Part shown: one piece after another, positions 19,180 through 27,540 of the stretch
How the letters are laid out: each line of letters starts with the position of its first letter
Numbering within the stretch: the first letter of the stretch is position 1
Source of the DNA: an uncultured Chloroflexia bacterium
Lineage (GTDB): Bacteria > Chloroflexota > Limnocylindria > Limnocylindrales > CSP1-4
NCBI GenBank assembly: GCA_963713975.1
Contig: OY970218.1
Coordinates: 1,760,001 to 1,824,000 of the forward strand
Length of the DNA stretch: 64,000 nt
Direction of reading: 5' to 3'
Made by a program: the position numbers and the translations under genes
Notes under the pieces: model-generated
What the model saw: only the letters and a program-made list of their open reading frames with translations
What the model was told of the DNA's origin: nothing
Database searches by the model: none

Positions 19180-19854
19180 ATGAGCAACTACCAGGTCGAG
19201 CCCGTCGACAAGTCCCAGGCCCTCACCACGGAGGCCATGAAGGCGCTCCGTCACGAGCAGGTCCAGGGCATCTCGCGCCGCGAGCTCCTGCGCGGCTCCC
19301 TGGCCGCCGGCCTCGGGCTTTGGCTGCTGGAGCTGACGGCGGGCACCATCGGCTTCCTGTGGCCCAACCTCGAGGGCAAGTTCGGCGGAGAGGTCGTCGT
19401 CGGGACGCTCGATGATGTCCTGGCCGCCAACTCCGCACTTCCGATCGACGAGGGCTTCCCCGCCTACTACTCGTCCGCCAAGGCATTCGTGATGCTCGTG
19501 GATCCGTCACAGCAGCAGTTCATCCCGGGCACCGATCCCACGGGCGACGGCAGCAGCGTCAATGTCCGGGCCCTGTACCAGCGCTGCCCGCACCTCGGGT
19601 GCAAGCCCAACCCGTGCGAGAAGAACTTCTGGCTGGAATGCCCCTGCCACGGCTCCCGCTACGACCGTCTTGGCGTCAAGGCCGCCGGTGCGCAGTACGG
19701 ACCGGCACCGCGCGGCATGGACCGCTTCGGCGTCCGCGTGGAACCAGACGGAACGCTCGTCGTCGACACCGGCAAGATCACCCTTGGCCCGCTGCCCGTA
19801 GCGGTCGGCCAGCCGGGGATCATCCCGCCGCGCACCCCCACCGGTTGCATCTGA
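19180..19854 (+). CDS. Rieske [2Fe-2S] protein
   Basis: Tat motif SRRELL plus TM; CPHLGC and CPCHGSRY boxes; GPAPRGMD. Confidence 0.95.
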   Translation: MSNYQVEPVDKSQALTTEAMKALRHEQVQGISRRELLRGSLAAGLGLWLLELTAGTIGFLWPNLEGKFGGEVVVGTLDDVLAANSALPIDEGFPAYYSSAKAFVMLVDPSQQQFIPGTDPTGDGSSVNVRALYQRCPHLGCKPNPCEKNFWLECPCHGSRYDRLGVKAAGAQYGPAPRGMDRFGVRVEPDGTLVVDTGKITLGPLPVAVGQPGIIPPRTPTGCI

Positions 19855-19894
19855 TTCTGCCCGTCGCCCGCCCGACCGCCCACCGAGGAGACCG

Positions 19895-20977
19895 ATGACC
19901 GACCAGCCCGGCCGCCCGCCCGAGGACCGTCTGCCCGCCCCGCGGCCGTCGTCGCCCTCTCCCGTGCCGGCCGACCGCTTCTCGGCGCCGGCGTCGGCCC
20001 ACCGCAGCGACCTGACACCGGAGCGGGCGGGCAAGATCGTCCGCCAGTCCGCGAGCGCGCGCTGGGTGGGCTTCCTGGCCGTGACGATTGTCGCCCTGTT
20101 CGTGATGGGCTACTACTTCTACGAGCTGGGCCTGCCCGGCGGGCTGACCGAGGCGCGGCTGGAGGCCGCGTCCGCGGAGCTCCAGGTGGTCGCCGTGGAG
20201 CGTGGCTACAACCTCTACCAGGCCAACTGCGCCCAATGCCACGGCGTGGACGGCGAGGGCGGCAAGGGCCCGGCGCTCCATCGCCAGGACAAGCTGTACG
20301 CGCACCTGAACCCGGAGTACCTGCGCAACATCCTCAACTCGGGCGGGCGCTACGCCTGCGGGGATCCGCAGACCATCATGCCCGTGTGGTCGAACACCGG
20401 GTCCCCTCCCGGGCCGCTCAACTACAAGGAGATCGACAACCTGATCGCCTTCATCCGGGCCGAGAAGGGGACGCCGTACCGCATTCTCGACCCGAGCCAC
20501 TTCGAGCCGGTCATTGACCCCGTGACCGGGGAGGAGATGACGTTCGAGGGCTGGGTGGATCCCGCGTACGAGCCCGCCCCGGGCGCCACGCCGTTCCCTG
20601 CCTGCTGGAAGGACGAGTTCTCCACGCCGGCATCGTCGGCTGCGCCCACCCCGCCGGCCGCGTCGGGCGAGCCCGGCGCATCGCAGGCGCCTGCGGGTAC
20701 CGTGGTCAAGGAGGCAGCGCTCAACATCGCCTTCGTCAACGGTGAGCTGCAAGCGCCTGCGGATGTCCCGTTCCAGATCGAGTTCGACAACCAGGACGCC
20801 GGCATCCCGCACAACATCGAGATCAAGGACGCCAGCGGCGGAGTCGTGTACATGGGCGACATCATCTCGGGACCGGCCAAGATCACCTACGACATCCCCG
20901 CCCTGCCGGCGGGCACGTATCCGTTCATCTGCACGGTGCATCCGAACATGACCGGCACCCTGAAGGTCGGGGGCTGA
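19895..20977 (+). CDS. Membrane-anchored cytochrome c fused to a C-terminal cupredoxin domain
   Basis: TM; CAQCH heme motif, GPAL, MPVW; PHN...CTVHPNM type-1 Cu ligands. Confidence 0.92.
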   Translation: MTDQPGRPPEDRLPAPRPSSPSPVPADRFSAPASAHRSDLTPERAGKIVRQSASARWVGFLAVTIVALFVMGYYFYELGLPGGLTEARLEAASAELQVVAVERGYNLYQANCAQCHGVDGEGGKGPALHRQDKLYAHLNPEYLRNILNSGGRYACGDPQTIMPVWSNTGSPPGPLNYKEIDNLIAFIRAEKGTPYRILDPSHFEPVIDPVTGEEMTFEGWVDPAYEPAPGATPFPACWKDEFSTPASSAAPTPPAASGEPGASQAPAGTVVKEAALNIAFVNGELQAPADVPFQIEFDNQDAGIPHNIEIKDASGGVVYMGDIISGPAKITYDIPALPAGTYPFICTVHPNMTGTLKVGG

Positions 20978-20981
20978 CGCG

Positions 20982-22430
20982 ATGGCCACCCCCGCCCTGC
21001 CCGCCCCGCAGCCCGTCACGGCCCGCCGCCGCGTCGTCTTCGGCCTGTTCAACGCCGACGGCTGGATCTGGGCGACCGTCAAGGCGCTGTTCTGGTTCGT
21101 CGTGATCATCGTCATGCTGGGCTACATCCCGGACCGCGCGTACTACTTCACCGTCCAGCGGACCGTCGACATCGGCCTCCTTGCCTGGTCCCCGGTCAAC
21201 CTCTGCCCGCCGGAGAACGAGACGCTGCCGTGCCCCGTCCCGGCCGGTGCGACGCTGCCCTGGCACCCTGCCCCGGGCGAGGTTGCCCTGCCCGCGCCGA
21301 GGACCGACGGCGCCGCCGCGGTGATCGGTCAGACCTACCTCTTCGTCGGTGGCTCGGACGGGTCCGTGGCCAAGGCCGACACGTACGTGTCGCATCCGGT
21401 GGGCATCGGCAACCTTGACAAGTGGACGGCGGGGCCCGCGTTGCCCGAGGCTCGCTCCGACGCCGCGTCCGTGGTCGTCGGCAACACGCTGTACATCATG
21501 GGTGGCTACGGCATCGATGGCTCGCCCACCACCACCGTCTTCAGCCTGACCCTGGCGAACGACGGCACGATCGGCGAGTGGAAGGTCGAGGACGTGCTGG
21601 CGCTGCCGTCACCGCGGGCCGGCGCGACGGCGGTTTCCGTGTCGGACGGCATCGTCCTCATGGGTGGCAGGGACCGCACGGCCCCGACGAGGACCGTGTG
21701 GAAGAGCCAGCAGGCACTGACCACGGGCAACCCCCTTCAGGCGTGGACGGACCAGCAGCCCCTGGTCGAGGAGAACATGGACGGGTTCGCCGCCCATGTG
21801 GGCGACATCATCTTCCTGGTCGGCGGGACCAACGCCCAGGGTGACGCGGTGGCGAGCGTCCAGCAGGGCCTCGTCGGCGGACCCAGGGCCACGACCGAGG
21901 ACCCCAATGCGATCGTGGAGCCGTGGGCGGTGAGCGCGCAGACGAACCTGCCGAGCCCGCGGACCAACGAATCCGGCTTCACCGCCAACGGCGTGATCTA
22001 CGTTCAGGGCGGCTCGGACGGCACCAGCCTGCTCACCGAGACGCTATGGACGACGCCGGACGCGAACGGGATCATCCCCGAGTGGCACCACCTCGCCCAG
22101 CAGGACCTCGGCGAGGGCATCGAGGGGGCGGCTGCGGTCATCTCCGGCGCACACGCGTTCATGTTCGGAGGCACCACGGCGTCAGGGCCGACGAGCGGTG
22201 TCGCCCGCACCAACCTTGCCCCGCAGGAGCCATTCTTCCAGCTGGGTCTCGCTGGTGTGACGGTCCCGGCCCTCAAGCTGGATGGCGAGATCGGGCAGCA
22301 GATCGGCTACCTCAACGCCGCCACCGTGGGCGCGGTCAACTTCATCATCCTGATCCTGATCGGCTACCTGTACGCGCACCCGGACAAGGTCCGCGCCTTC
22401 ATCGCCAAGCGGAGGCGGAAGAAGGGCTGA
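20982..22430 (+). CDS. Membrane-anchored Kelch-repeat beta-propeller protein
   Basis: Six GG-type Kelch repeats (LFVGGSDG, YIMGGYG, VLMGGRD, FLVGGTN, YVQGGSDG, FMFGGTT) with W..LP.PR; N- and C-terminal TMs. Confidence 0.85.
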   Translation: MATPALPAPQPVTARRRVVFGLFNADGWIWATVKALFWFVVIIVMLGYIPDRAYYFTVQRTVDIGLLAWSPVNLCPPENETLPCPVPAGATLPWHPAPGEVALPAPRTDGAAAVIGQTYLFVGGSDGSVAKADTYVSHPVGIGNLDKWTAGPALPEARSDAASVVVGNTLYIMGGYGIDGSPTTTVFSLTLANDGTIGEWKVEDVLALPSPRAGATAVSVSDGIVLMGGRDRTAPTRTVWKSQQALTTGNPLQAWTDQQPLVEENMDGFAAHVGDIIFLVGGTNAQGDAVASVQQGLVGGPRATTEDPNAIVEPWAVSAQTNLPSPRTNESGFTANGVIYVQGGSDGTSLLTETLWTTPDANGIIPEWHHLAQQDLGEGIEGAAAVISGAHAFMFGGTTASGPTSGVARTNLAPQEPFFQLGLAGVTVPALKLDGEIGQQIGYLNAATVGAVNFIILILIGYLYAHPDKVRAFIAKRRRKKG

Positions 22431-22459
22431 TCGCCCGGGCGCATCGTCGCGCTCCCGGG

Positions 22460-22828
22460 TCAGGCGGGGAGCTGGCCCTCACCGGGCTCCACTGGCCCGC
22501 GCCTGACCGGCAGGCCCAGCCGCTGCCAGCCGTCGATGCCGCCGGCCACGTTGCCCACGTCCTCCCAGCCCTGCTGCAGCAGGTAGGAGGTGACACTCGT
22601 CGAGCGGCTGCCCGACTGGCACATCACCAGGACCGGCCGGTCCTTCGGCACGTCCTGGAGGCGCACGCCGAGCTGGGACATCGGGACGAAGAGGCTGCCC
22701 TCGACCCGGACCTGCCGGAACTCGTCCAGCTCGCGGATGTCGAGCAGCACGGCCGGCCGCAGGGGATCGCGGCGCCGGATGTCGGCATACAGAGGATCGA
22801 GGGCAGGGATGGCCTGGGGTCGGTTCAT
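22460..22828 (-). CDS. Single-domain rhodanese-like sulfurtransferase
   Basis: LLDIRELDEF, CQSGSRS active loop, NVAGGIDGW. Confidence 0.92.
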   Translation of the reverse strand: MNRPQAIPALDPLYADIRRRDPLRPAVLLDIRELDEFRQVRVEGSLFVPMSQLGVRLQDVPKDRPVLVMCQSGSRSTSVTSYLLQQGWEDVGNVAGGIDGWQRLGLPVRRGPVEPGEGQLPA

Positions 22829-23271
22829 GCGCGCGGGATCCTCCGGATGACGGGTGCAGGTGCGGTCGCGGCGATGGCGGGGTCGCCCAGCCGGGCGTCG
22901 ATCTCGGCCAGGAGCGCGGGGACATCCACGCCCCACGAAGGGCCGATCCCGGCTCCGGCAGCGGTGGCCAGATGGGTGCGGGCGCCGGTGAGGTTCTTCG
23001 TGATCCCGGTTGGATTCCCGCGGACCGCGTGCACGTAGGCGGCCGCCACCTTGATCAGCCCCTGGTGCAGGCCGCGCTCGGCCAGGTCGTCGGTGCCCAT
23101 CCAGGCAGGCTCCAGGGCCTCGTGGGCCGCGAAGAAGTCGCCCTGCCCATAGGCGGAGAGGCCGGCCTCGAAGGCATCTCGGCGGGCCGGCTCCGGGAGC
23201 GGGCGGTAGGCCTTGTTGCGATCACCCTGGCGGACGAGGCCGGGAGTCGGGTCTGGCTGGGGGACGGGCAT
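22825..23271 (-). CDS. DUF309-family protein
   Basis: GDFFAAHEALEPAW...QGLIKVAAAYVH...GN motif. Confidence 0.85.
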   Translation of the reverse strand: MPVPQPDPTPGLVRQGDRNKAYRPLPEPARRDAFEAGLSAYGQGDFFAAHEALEPAWMGTDDLAERGLHQGLIKVAAAYVHAVRGNPTGITKNLTGARTHLATAAGAGIGPSWGVDVPALLAEIDARLGDPAIAATAPAPVIRRIPRA

Positions 23272-23300
23272 CAATCGAGTGTACCGGCGAGGGCCGGCGC

Positions 23301-23613
23301 GCCCGCGGTTCGCGGCCGAGCCGGGCGTCCCACCGGCTGGAAGCTCTGCCGACCCGCTCGCCGGGTGGCCCCGCCGACAACCGCGATCCCTGATTCGCCC
23401 GCTGATGGCGAGCAGCAGGGTGACGGAAGCCGCGTATCGCCCTCGACTGCTCGCTTACGTGAGCAGGACGTCGTCCACCAGCGCCGGTTGGGCCTCCTGG
23501 CGGCCGGCGGAGAAACCAGCCACCGCGCACCCGCTGGTTGCGCCATCTGGGCGGCATAGATGCGGCGGCTCGAACCAGACCGCCTGACGGGGACGACGCG
23601 AGGAACCACGAGC
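23301..23613 (-). ncRNA. Large structured non-coding RNA candidate, raiA-motif-like
   Basis: 11-bp closing helix GCTCGTGGTTC/GAACCGCGGGC, many nested helices, G-U pairs favouring the minus strand; GTGGTT, CACGTAAG, GCGGCTT, CCTGC, CTTCCAGC occur in the order recalled for raiA RNA. Confidence 0.6.
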
Positions 23614-23628
23614 CATGGCGATCTGCGG

Positions 23629-24105
23629 TCAGGCCCGCGCCACGCCGTCCGGCAGGGCGGAGAGCGGCTTGCGCCTCGAGAAACCCTCCGTAGTGTCGTG
23701 CCAGAAGGCGACCCGGTCCTCGCCCAGGCGCCAGCAGAGCCACACGGGCCGGCCGGCCACGAGCGCCGGGAGGTCGAGCAGCCCGGTCGCGATGTCGCGC
23801 AGCACGATGTCCCGCTCGTCCAGCCAGGCGACATCCGCCTGCATCTGGTCCACGATCCCGCGCATCCGGAGGTGGATCCGTCGAAGCTCCGGGTCGGCAT
23901 CCGGGTCGGCACCCGGGTCGGCATCCGGGCCGCGATCCGGCCCGCGGTCATCGGCATCTGGCCCGCTTGGCGGCGAGCTCTCGAGCGCCCGGGCCGCATC
24001 TCGGAGGACGAGCAGGTCCTTCCGCTGGCTGCGCAGGCGGCCGATCATGATGGCGAGCTCCGGGACCAGCTCGTCGGCGTCGTTGGGGCCGTAGTAACGG
24101 GACAC
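23629..24105 (-). CDS. DUF2203-family protein
   Basis: IVLRDIATGLLDLP...VWLCWRLGE...WH....GFSRRKPL motif; TACAAT 6 nt before the GTG. Confidence 0.88.
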   Translation of the reverse strand: MSRYYGPNDADELVPELAIMIGRLRSQRKDLLVLRDAARALESSPPSGPDADDRGPDRGPDADPGADPDADPELRRIHLRMRGIVDQMQADVAWLDERDIVLRDIATGLLDLPALVAGRPVWLCWRLGEDRVAFWHDTTEGFSRRKPLSALPDGVARA

Positions 24106-24277
24106 ACACGGATTGTAGCGACGTGCGGCGCAGGGTAGGCTGGGGCGAGCCGGACTGGGGCACCTCGCCCATCCGGTGGGCGGCACTGGTCCCATGGGGC
24201 CCGTCCCGCTGGCCCCAAGGAACCATAGATCGCCGGCGGCAGGGCGGCGACGCTTGGGGCACCGCAAGGGAGGTCAC

Positions 24278-25687
24278 GTGTCAGCCATCGCCCAGCCCTC
24301 GAAGCCCCGGCCCGTGGTCGCCGGACGACGGCGCCACCTGCTGCCGCTCATCGCCGCCGGCCTGGCGCTGCTGATGGTGCTCACGGCGATGACCGCAGCC
24401 ATGCCCCGCAGCGCCCTCGCGGCCACGACGCTTGCGGCCCGCTGCGACGGTGTCCGGCTGCGGACGCAGCCCAAGCTGTCGGCTCGCGCGTTGCGAACGT
24501 TGTCGGCCGGCGCGAAGGTGGTTGCGGTGGCGAAGGTGTCCGGCACGCGCTGGAGCGTCAAGTGCGGCGGAAGCACGACGTCAGGGTCCACCTGGTGGCG
24601 GATCACGTCGATCAACGGCAAGAGCGTGAGCAAGCTCTACGGTGTGAAGTACGTGTACGGGGCGACCGCCTTGTTCAAGACGACCACCAAGTCCGTGACC
24701 CTTGCAACCGCGTGCGGCGGCGTGGTCCTGCGAAGCGGTCCCCGGATCACCGCAACCCGCAAGGCAAAGCTGGCGTCCGGGGCGAAGGTGACGACATACG
24801 GTTCCGTCGCCGGTGGCTCCTGGAGCACGACCTGCACCGGTCCGCGGATCGGGGGTGCCTCGTGGTACCGGATCACGGCGGTGAACGGCAAGTCGGTCAA
24901 GGCGCTCTACGGCGTGACCTACCTGTACGCCGCCAAGGCCCTGTTCAAGCCGGCTGCCGCCGGATCGGCGACGCCCGCCCCGACGCCCAAACCAACGCCA
25001 ACCCCGACGCCAACCCCCACCCCGGCGCCGACGCCGTCGCCCAGCCCGCAGACGTCCTACATCGAAGGCATCGACATCAGCCACTGGCAGGGAACCATCA
25101 ATTGGTCCAAGGTCGCGGCGGCCGGCAAGCGCTTCGCGTTCATGAAGGCGTCGCAGAACACGGACTACGTGGATCCCACGTACGCCACGAACCGAGCCCA
25201 GGCCAAGGCCAACGGCCTCTACGTCGGTGCCTATCACTTCGCCGGCCCCGAGCTGACCCTCGGCGACGCCGAGGCCGAGGCAGACCATTTCGTGGACACC
25301 GCGGCCCCCAAGTCGGGCGAGCTCCTCCCGGTCCTCGATCTCGAGGTCACGGGCGGACTGGGCGTCGAGGAGCTCCAGGCATGGACCCGCGCGTTCCTGG
25401 AGCGGGTCTACGATCGGCTCGGGGTTCGGGCGGCGATCTACGTCTCGCCCAGCTTCTGGTCGAGCAAGATGGGCAACACGACCTGGTTCGCGACCAACGG
25501 CTACACGACGCTCTGGGTGGCGCACTGGACCACAGCCTCTGCGCCGACGCTTCCTGCCGGCAACTGGGGCGGCCGAGGCTGGACGTTCTGGCAGTACACG
25601 TCGAGCGGCACGGTGCCCGGGATCAGCGGTCGCGTTGACCTGGACCGCTATCGCAGCGGGAACTTCACCCCCGTCCTGATCCCGTAG
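24278..25687 (+). CDS. Secreted GH25 muramidase with two N-terminal SH3b-like repeats
   Basis: GGGAGG RBS; signal peptide; two repeats (C.GV.LR...W...C...W.RIT..NGKSV..LYGV.Y); PT linker; GIDISHWQG, GAYHF, VLDLE, WQYTSSG, VDLD. Confidence 0.92.
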   Translation: MSAIAQPSKPRPVVAGRRRHLLPLIAAGLALLMVLTAMTAAMPRSALAATTLAARCDGVRLRTQPKLSARALRTLSAGAKVVAVAKVSGTRWSVKCGGSTTSGSTWWRITSINGKSVSKLYGVKYVYGATALFKTTTKSVTLATACGGVVLRSGPRITATRKAKLASGAKVTTYGSVAGGSWSTTCTGPRIGGASWYRITAVNGKSVKALYGVTYLYAAKALFKPAAAGSATPAPTPKPTPTPTPTPTPAPTPSPSPQTSYIEGIDISHWQGTINWSKVAAAGKRFAFMKASQNTDYVDPTYATNRAQAKANGLYVGAYHFAGPELTLGDAEAEADHFVDTAAPKSGELLPVLDLEVTGGLGVEELQAWTRAFLERVYDRLGVRAAIYVSPSFWSSKMGNTTWFATNGYTTLWVAHWTTASAPTLPAGNWGGRGWTFWQYTSSGTVPGISGRVDLDRYRSGNFTPVLIP

Positions 25688-25785
25688 CCGACCACGGGGC
25701 CCGCGAGCCACGGGGCCCGTGAGCCGCGCGGCCACGACCCGCGACCAGCCGCTACCCGCGATCCACCCCGTAGACTGCTCGCCAC

Positions 25786-27540
25786 ATGGTTACGCGCGCC
25801 CCCAACCCCGGCCCGGCCCACGACGTGGACGCTGCCCGCCACCCGGCCCCGACCGCGAACGCGCTGGTCGACCTCGTCCGTGCCTCGGTCATCGGCGACG
25901 ACGAGGCGGTTGCCGGTCCCTACGGCGTCCGGCGCGTCACGTACGCCGACTACACGGCGTCGGGCCGAAGCCTCTCGTTCGTCGAGGACTACATCCGCGA
26001 CGCCGTCCTGCCGCTGTACGCCAACACGCACACCGAGAGCTCGGGCACGGGGCTCCAGACGACGCGCTTCCGCGAGGAGGCCCGGCGCCTGGTCCTCGAG
26101 GGCGTGGGCGGGGATCCCGAACGCCATGCCGTGATCTTCACGGGCTCGGGCTCCACGGCGGCGATCAACCGCATGGTCGATGTCCTCCAGCTGCGCATCC
26201 CCGCCGACCTCGACGATGCGTGGGATCTTCGCTCCCGGATCCCGGCCGACCAGCGGCCGGTCGTGTTCATCGGGCCCTTCGAGCACCACAGCAACGAGCT
26301 GCCGTGGCGAGAGTCGATTGCGGACGTGGTGATGATCCGCGAGGACCGCGAGGGCCACATCGACCTGGTCCAGCTGGGCCAGGAGCTGGAGCGGTACGCG
26401 GGACGGCCGCTCAAGATCGGGTCGTTCTCCGCGGCGTCCAACGTGACCGGGATCGTGTCCGACACCGCGGCCATCTCCCGCCTGCTCCACGCCCACGGCG
26501 CCCTGTCGTTCTTCGACTTCGCGGCGGCCGCACCCTACGTCTCGATCGAGATGGACCCACCGGGCGACGCCTTGGCCGCCAAGGACGCCGTGTTCATCAG
26601 CCCCCACAAGTTCATCGGGGGCCCGGGGACGCCGGGCGTGCTCGTCGCGCGCCGGGACCTCTTCCGCAACCGCGTCCCGTCGATGCCCGGCGGCGGCACC
26701 GTGGCCTACGTCAACCCGGTCGAGCACCGGTACCTGGCCAACGTCGAGCACCGCGAGGAGGGGGGTACGCCCGCCATCGTGGAGTCGATCCGCGCCGGCC
26801 TGGTGTTCGGGCTCAAGGCCGCGGTGGGGACCGAGGCCATCCGCGAACGGGAGGAGGCCTTCATCGGTCGTGCCCTGCACCGCTGGGGGGCCAACCCGTC
26901 GATCGAGATCCTGGGCAGCCGCGAGGCGGAGCGTCTCTCGATCGTGTCCTTCGTCGTCCGCCACAAGGGCCGCTACCTGCACCACAACTTCGTGGTCGCC
27001 GTGCTCAACGACCTGTTCGGGATCCAGTCCCGGGGCGGCTGCTCCTGCGCCGGGCCCTACGGCCACCGGCTGCTGGGCATCGACATCGAGACCAGTCACG
27101 GGTTCGAGCGCGAGATCGCCCTCGGCTGCGAGGGGATCAAGCCCGGCTGGGTGCGGGTCAACTTCAACTACTTCATCAGCGAGGCCGTGTTCGAGTTCAT
27201 CCTCGACGCCGTGGACCTGGTGGCAACCGACGGCTGGCGCCTGCTCGCCGACTACGCGTTCGAGCCCGCCAGTGGACTCTGGCGCCACCGGGCCGGCCGC
27301 CCGGAGCCGCCGCTCTCGCTGCGCGACATCGCCTACGAGCAGGGGGTCGTGACCTGGCCGTCGCACCGGCACCGCGAGCCGGAGACACGGCTGGCCGCCT
27401 ACCTCGCCGAGGCGCGCGAGCTCCTCGCCCGGCCGCCCCGCGCGTTGACGGGCCCGACGATCCCGTCCGGTACCGTTGGGCCGGACTTCGAGGACCTGCG
27501 CTGGTTCCTGCTGCCCGAGGACGTCGCGGCCGATGCCTGA
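25786..27540 (+). CDS. Class V aminotransferase-fold PLP enzyme (cysteine desulfurase-like)
   Basis: YADYTASGR, YANTH, EHHSN, SPHKFIGGPG, EEGGTP, RGGCSCAGPY. Confidence 0.9.
   Translation: MVTRAPNPGPAHDVDAARHPAPTANALVDLVRASVIGDDEAVAGPYGVRRVTYADYTASGRSLSFVEDYIRDAVLPLYANTHTESSGTGLQTTRFREEARRLVLEGVGGDPERHAVIFTGSGSTAAINRMVDVLQLRIPADLDDAWDLRSRIPADQRPVVFIGPFEHHSNELPWRESIADVVMIREDREGHIDLVQLGQELERYAGRPLKIGSFSAASNVTGIVSDTAAISRLLHAHGALSFFDFAAAAPYVSIEMDPPGDALAAKDAVFISPHKFIGGPGTPGVLVARRDLFRNRVPSMPGGGTVAYVNPVEHRYLANVEHREEGGTPAIVESIRAGLVFGLKAAVGTEAIREREEAFIGRALHRWGANPSIEILGSREAERLSIVSFVVRHKGRYLHHNFVVAVLNDLFGIQSRGGCSCAGPYGHRLLGIDIETSHGFEREIALGCEGIKPGWVRVNFNYFISEAVFEFILDAVDLVATDGWRLLADYAFEPASGLWRHRAGRPEPPLSLRDIAYEQGVVTWPSHRHREPETRLAAYLAEARELLARPPRALTGPTIPSGTVGPDFEDLRWFLLPEDVAADA

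Noticed and set aside
23301-23613. RNase P RNA, tmRNA, SRP RNA or self-splicing intron as identity of the structured region
   Set aside because: No GAGGAAAGTCC or CGGCTTA (RNase P), no tRNA-like ends or T-arm (tmRNA), no SRP domain IV motif, no group I P7 or group II domain V pattern
23455-23617. 53-codon minus-strand ORF MARGSSRRPRQAVWF...
   Set aside because: No clear RBS and no recognisable motif; it lies within the extensively paired region, which an RNA explains better
24130-24270. c-di-AMP (ydaO) or c-di-GMP riboswitch before the GH25 gene
   Set aside because: Some hairpins are present but the conserved GCTGAA/GGGGAACC/CAGCTAAC or GEMM cores are missing
25692-25750. Short tandem repeats (CCACGGGGCCCGYGAG x2; also GCCGGGTCGGGTCGCC x2 near 58097-58129) as CRISPR
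   Set aside because: Only two adjacent copies, no spacers, no cas genes
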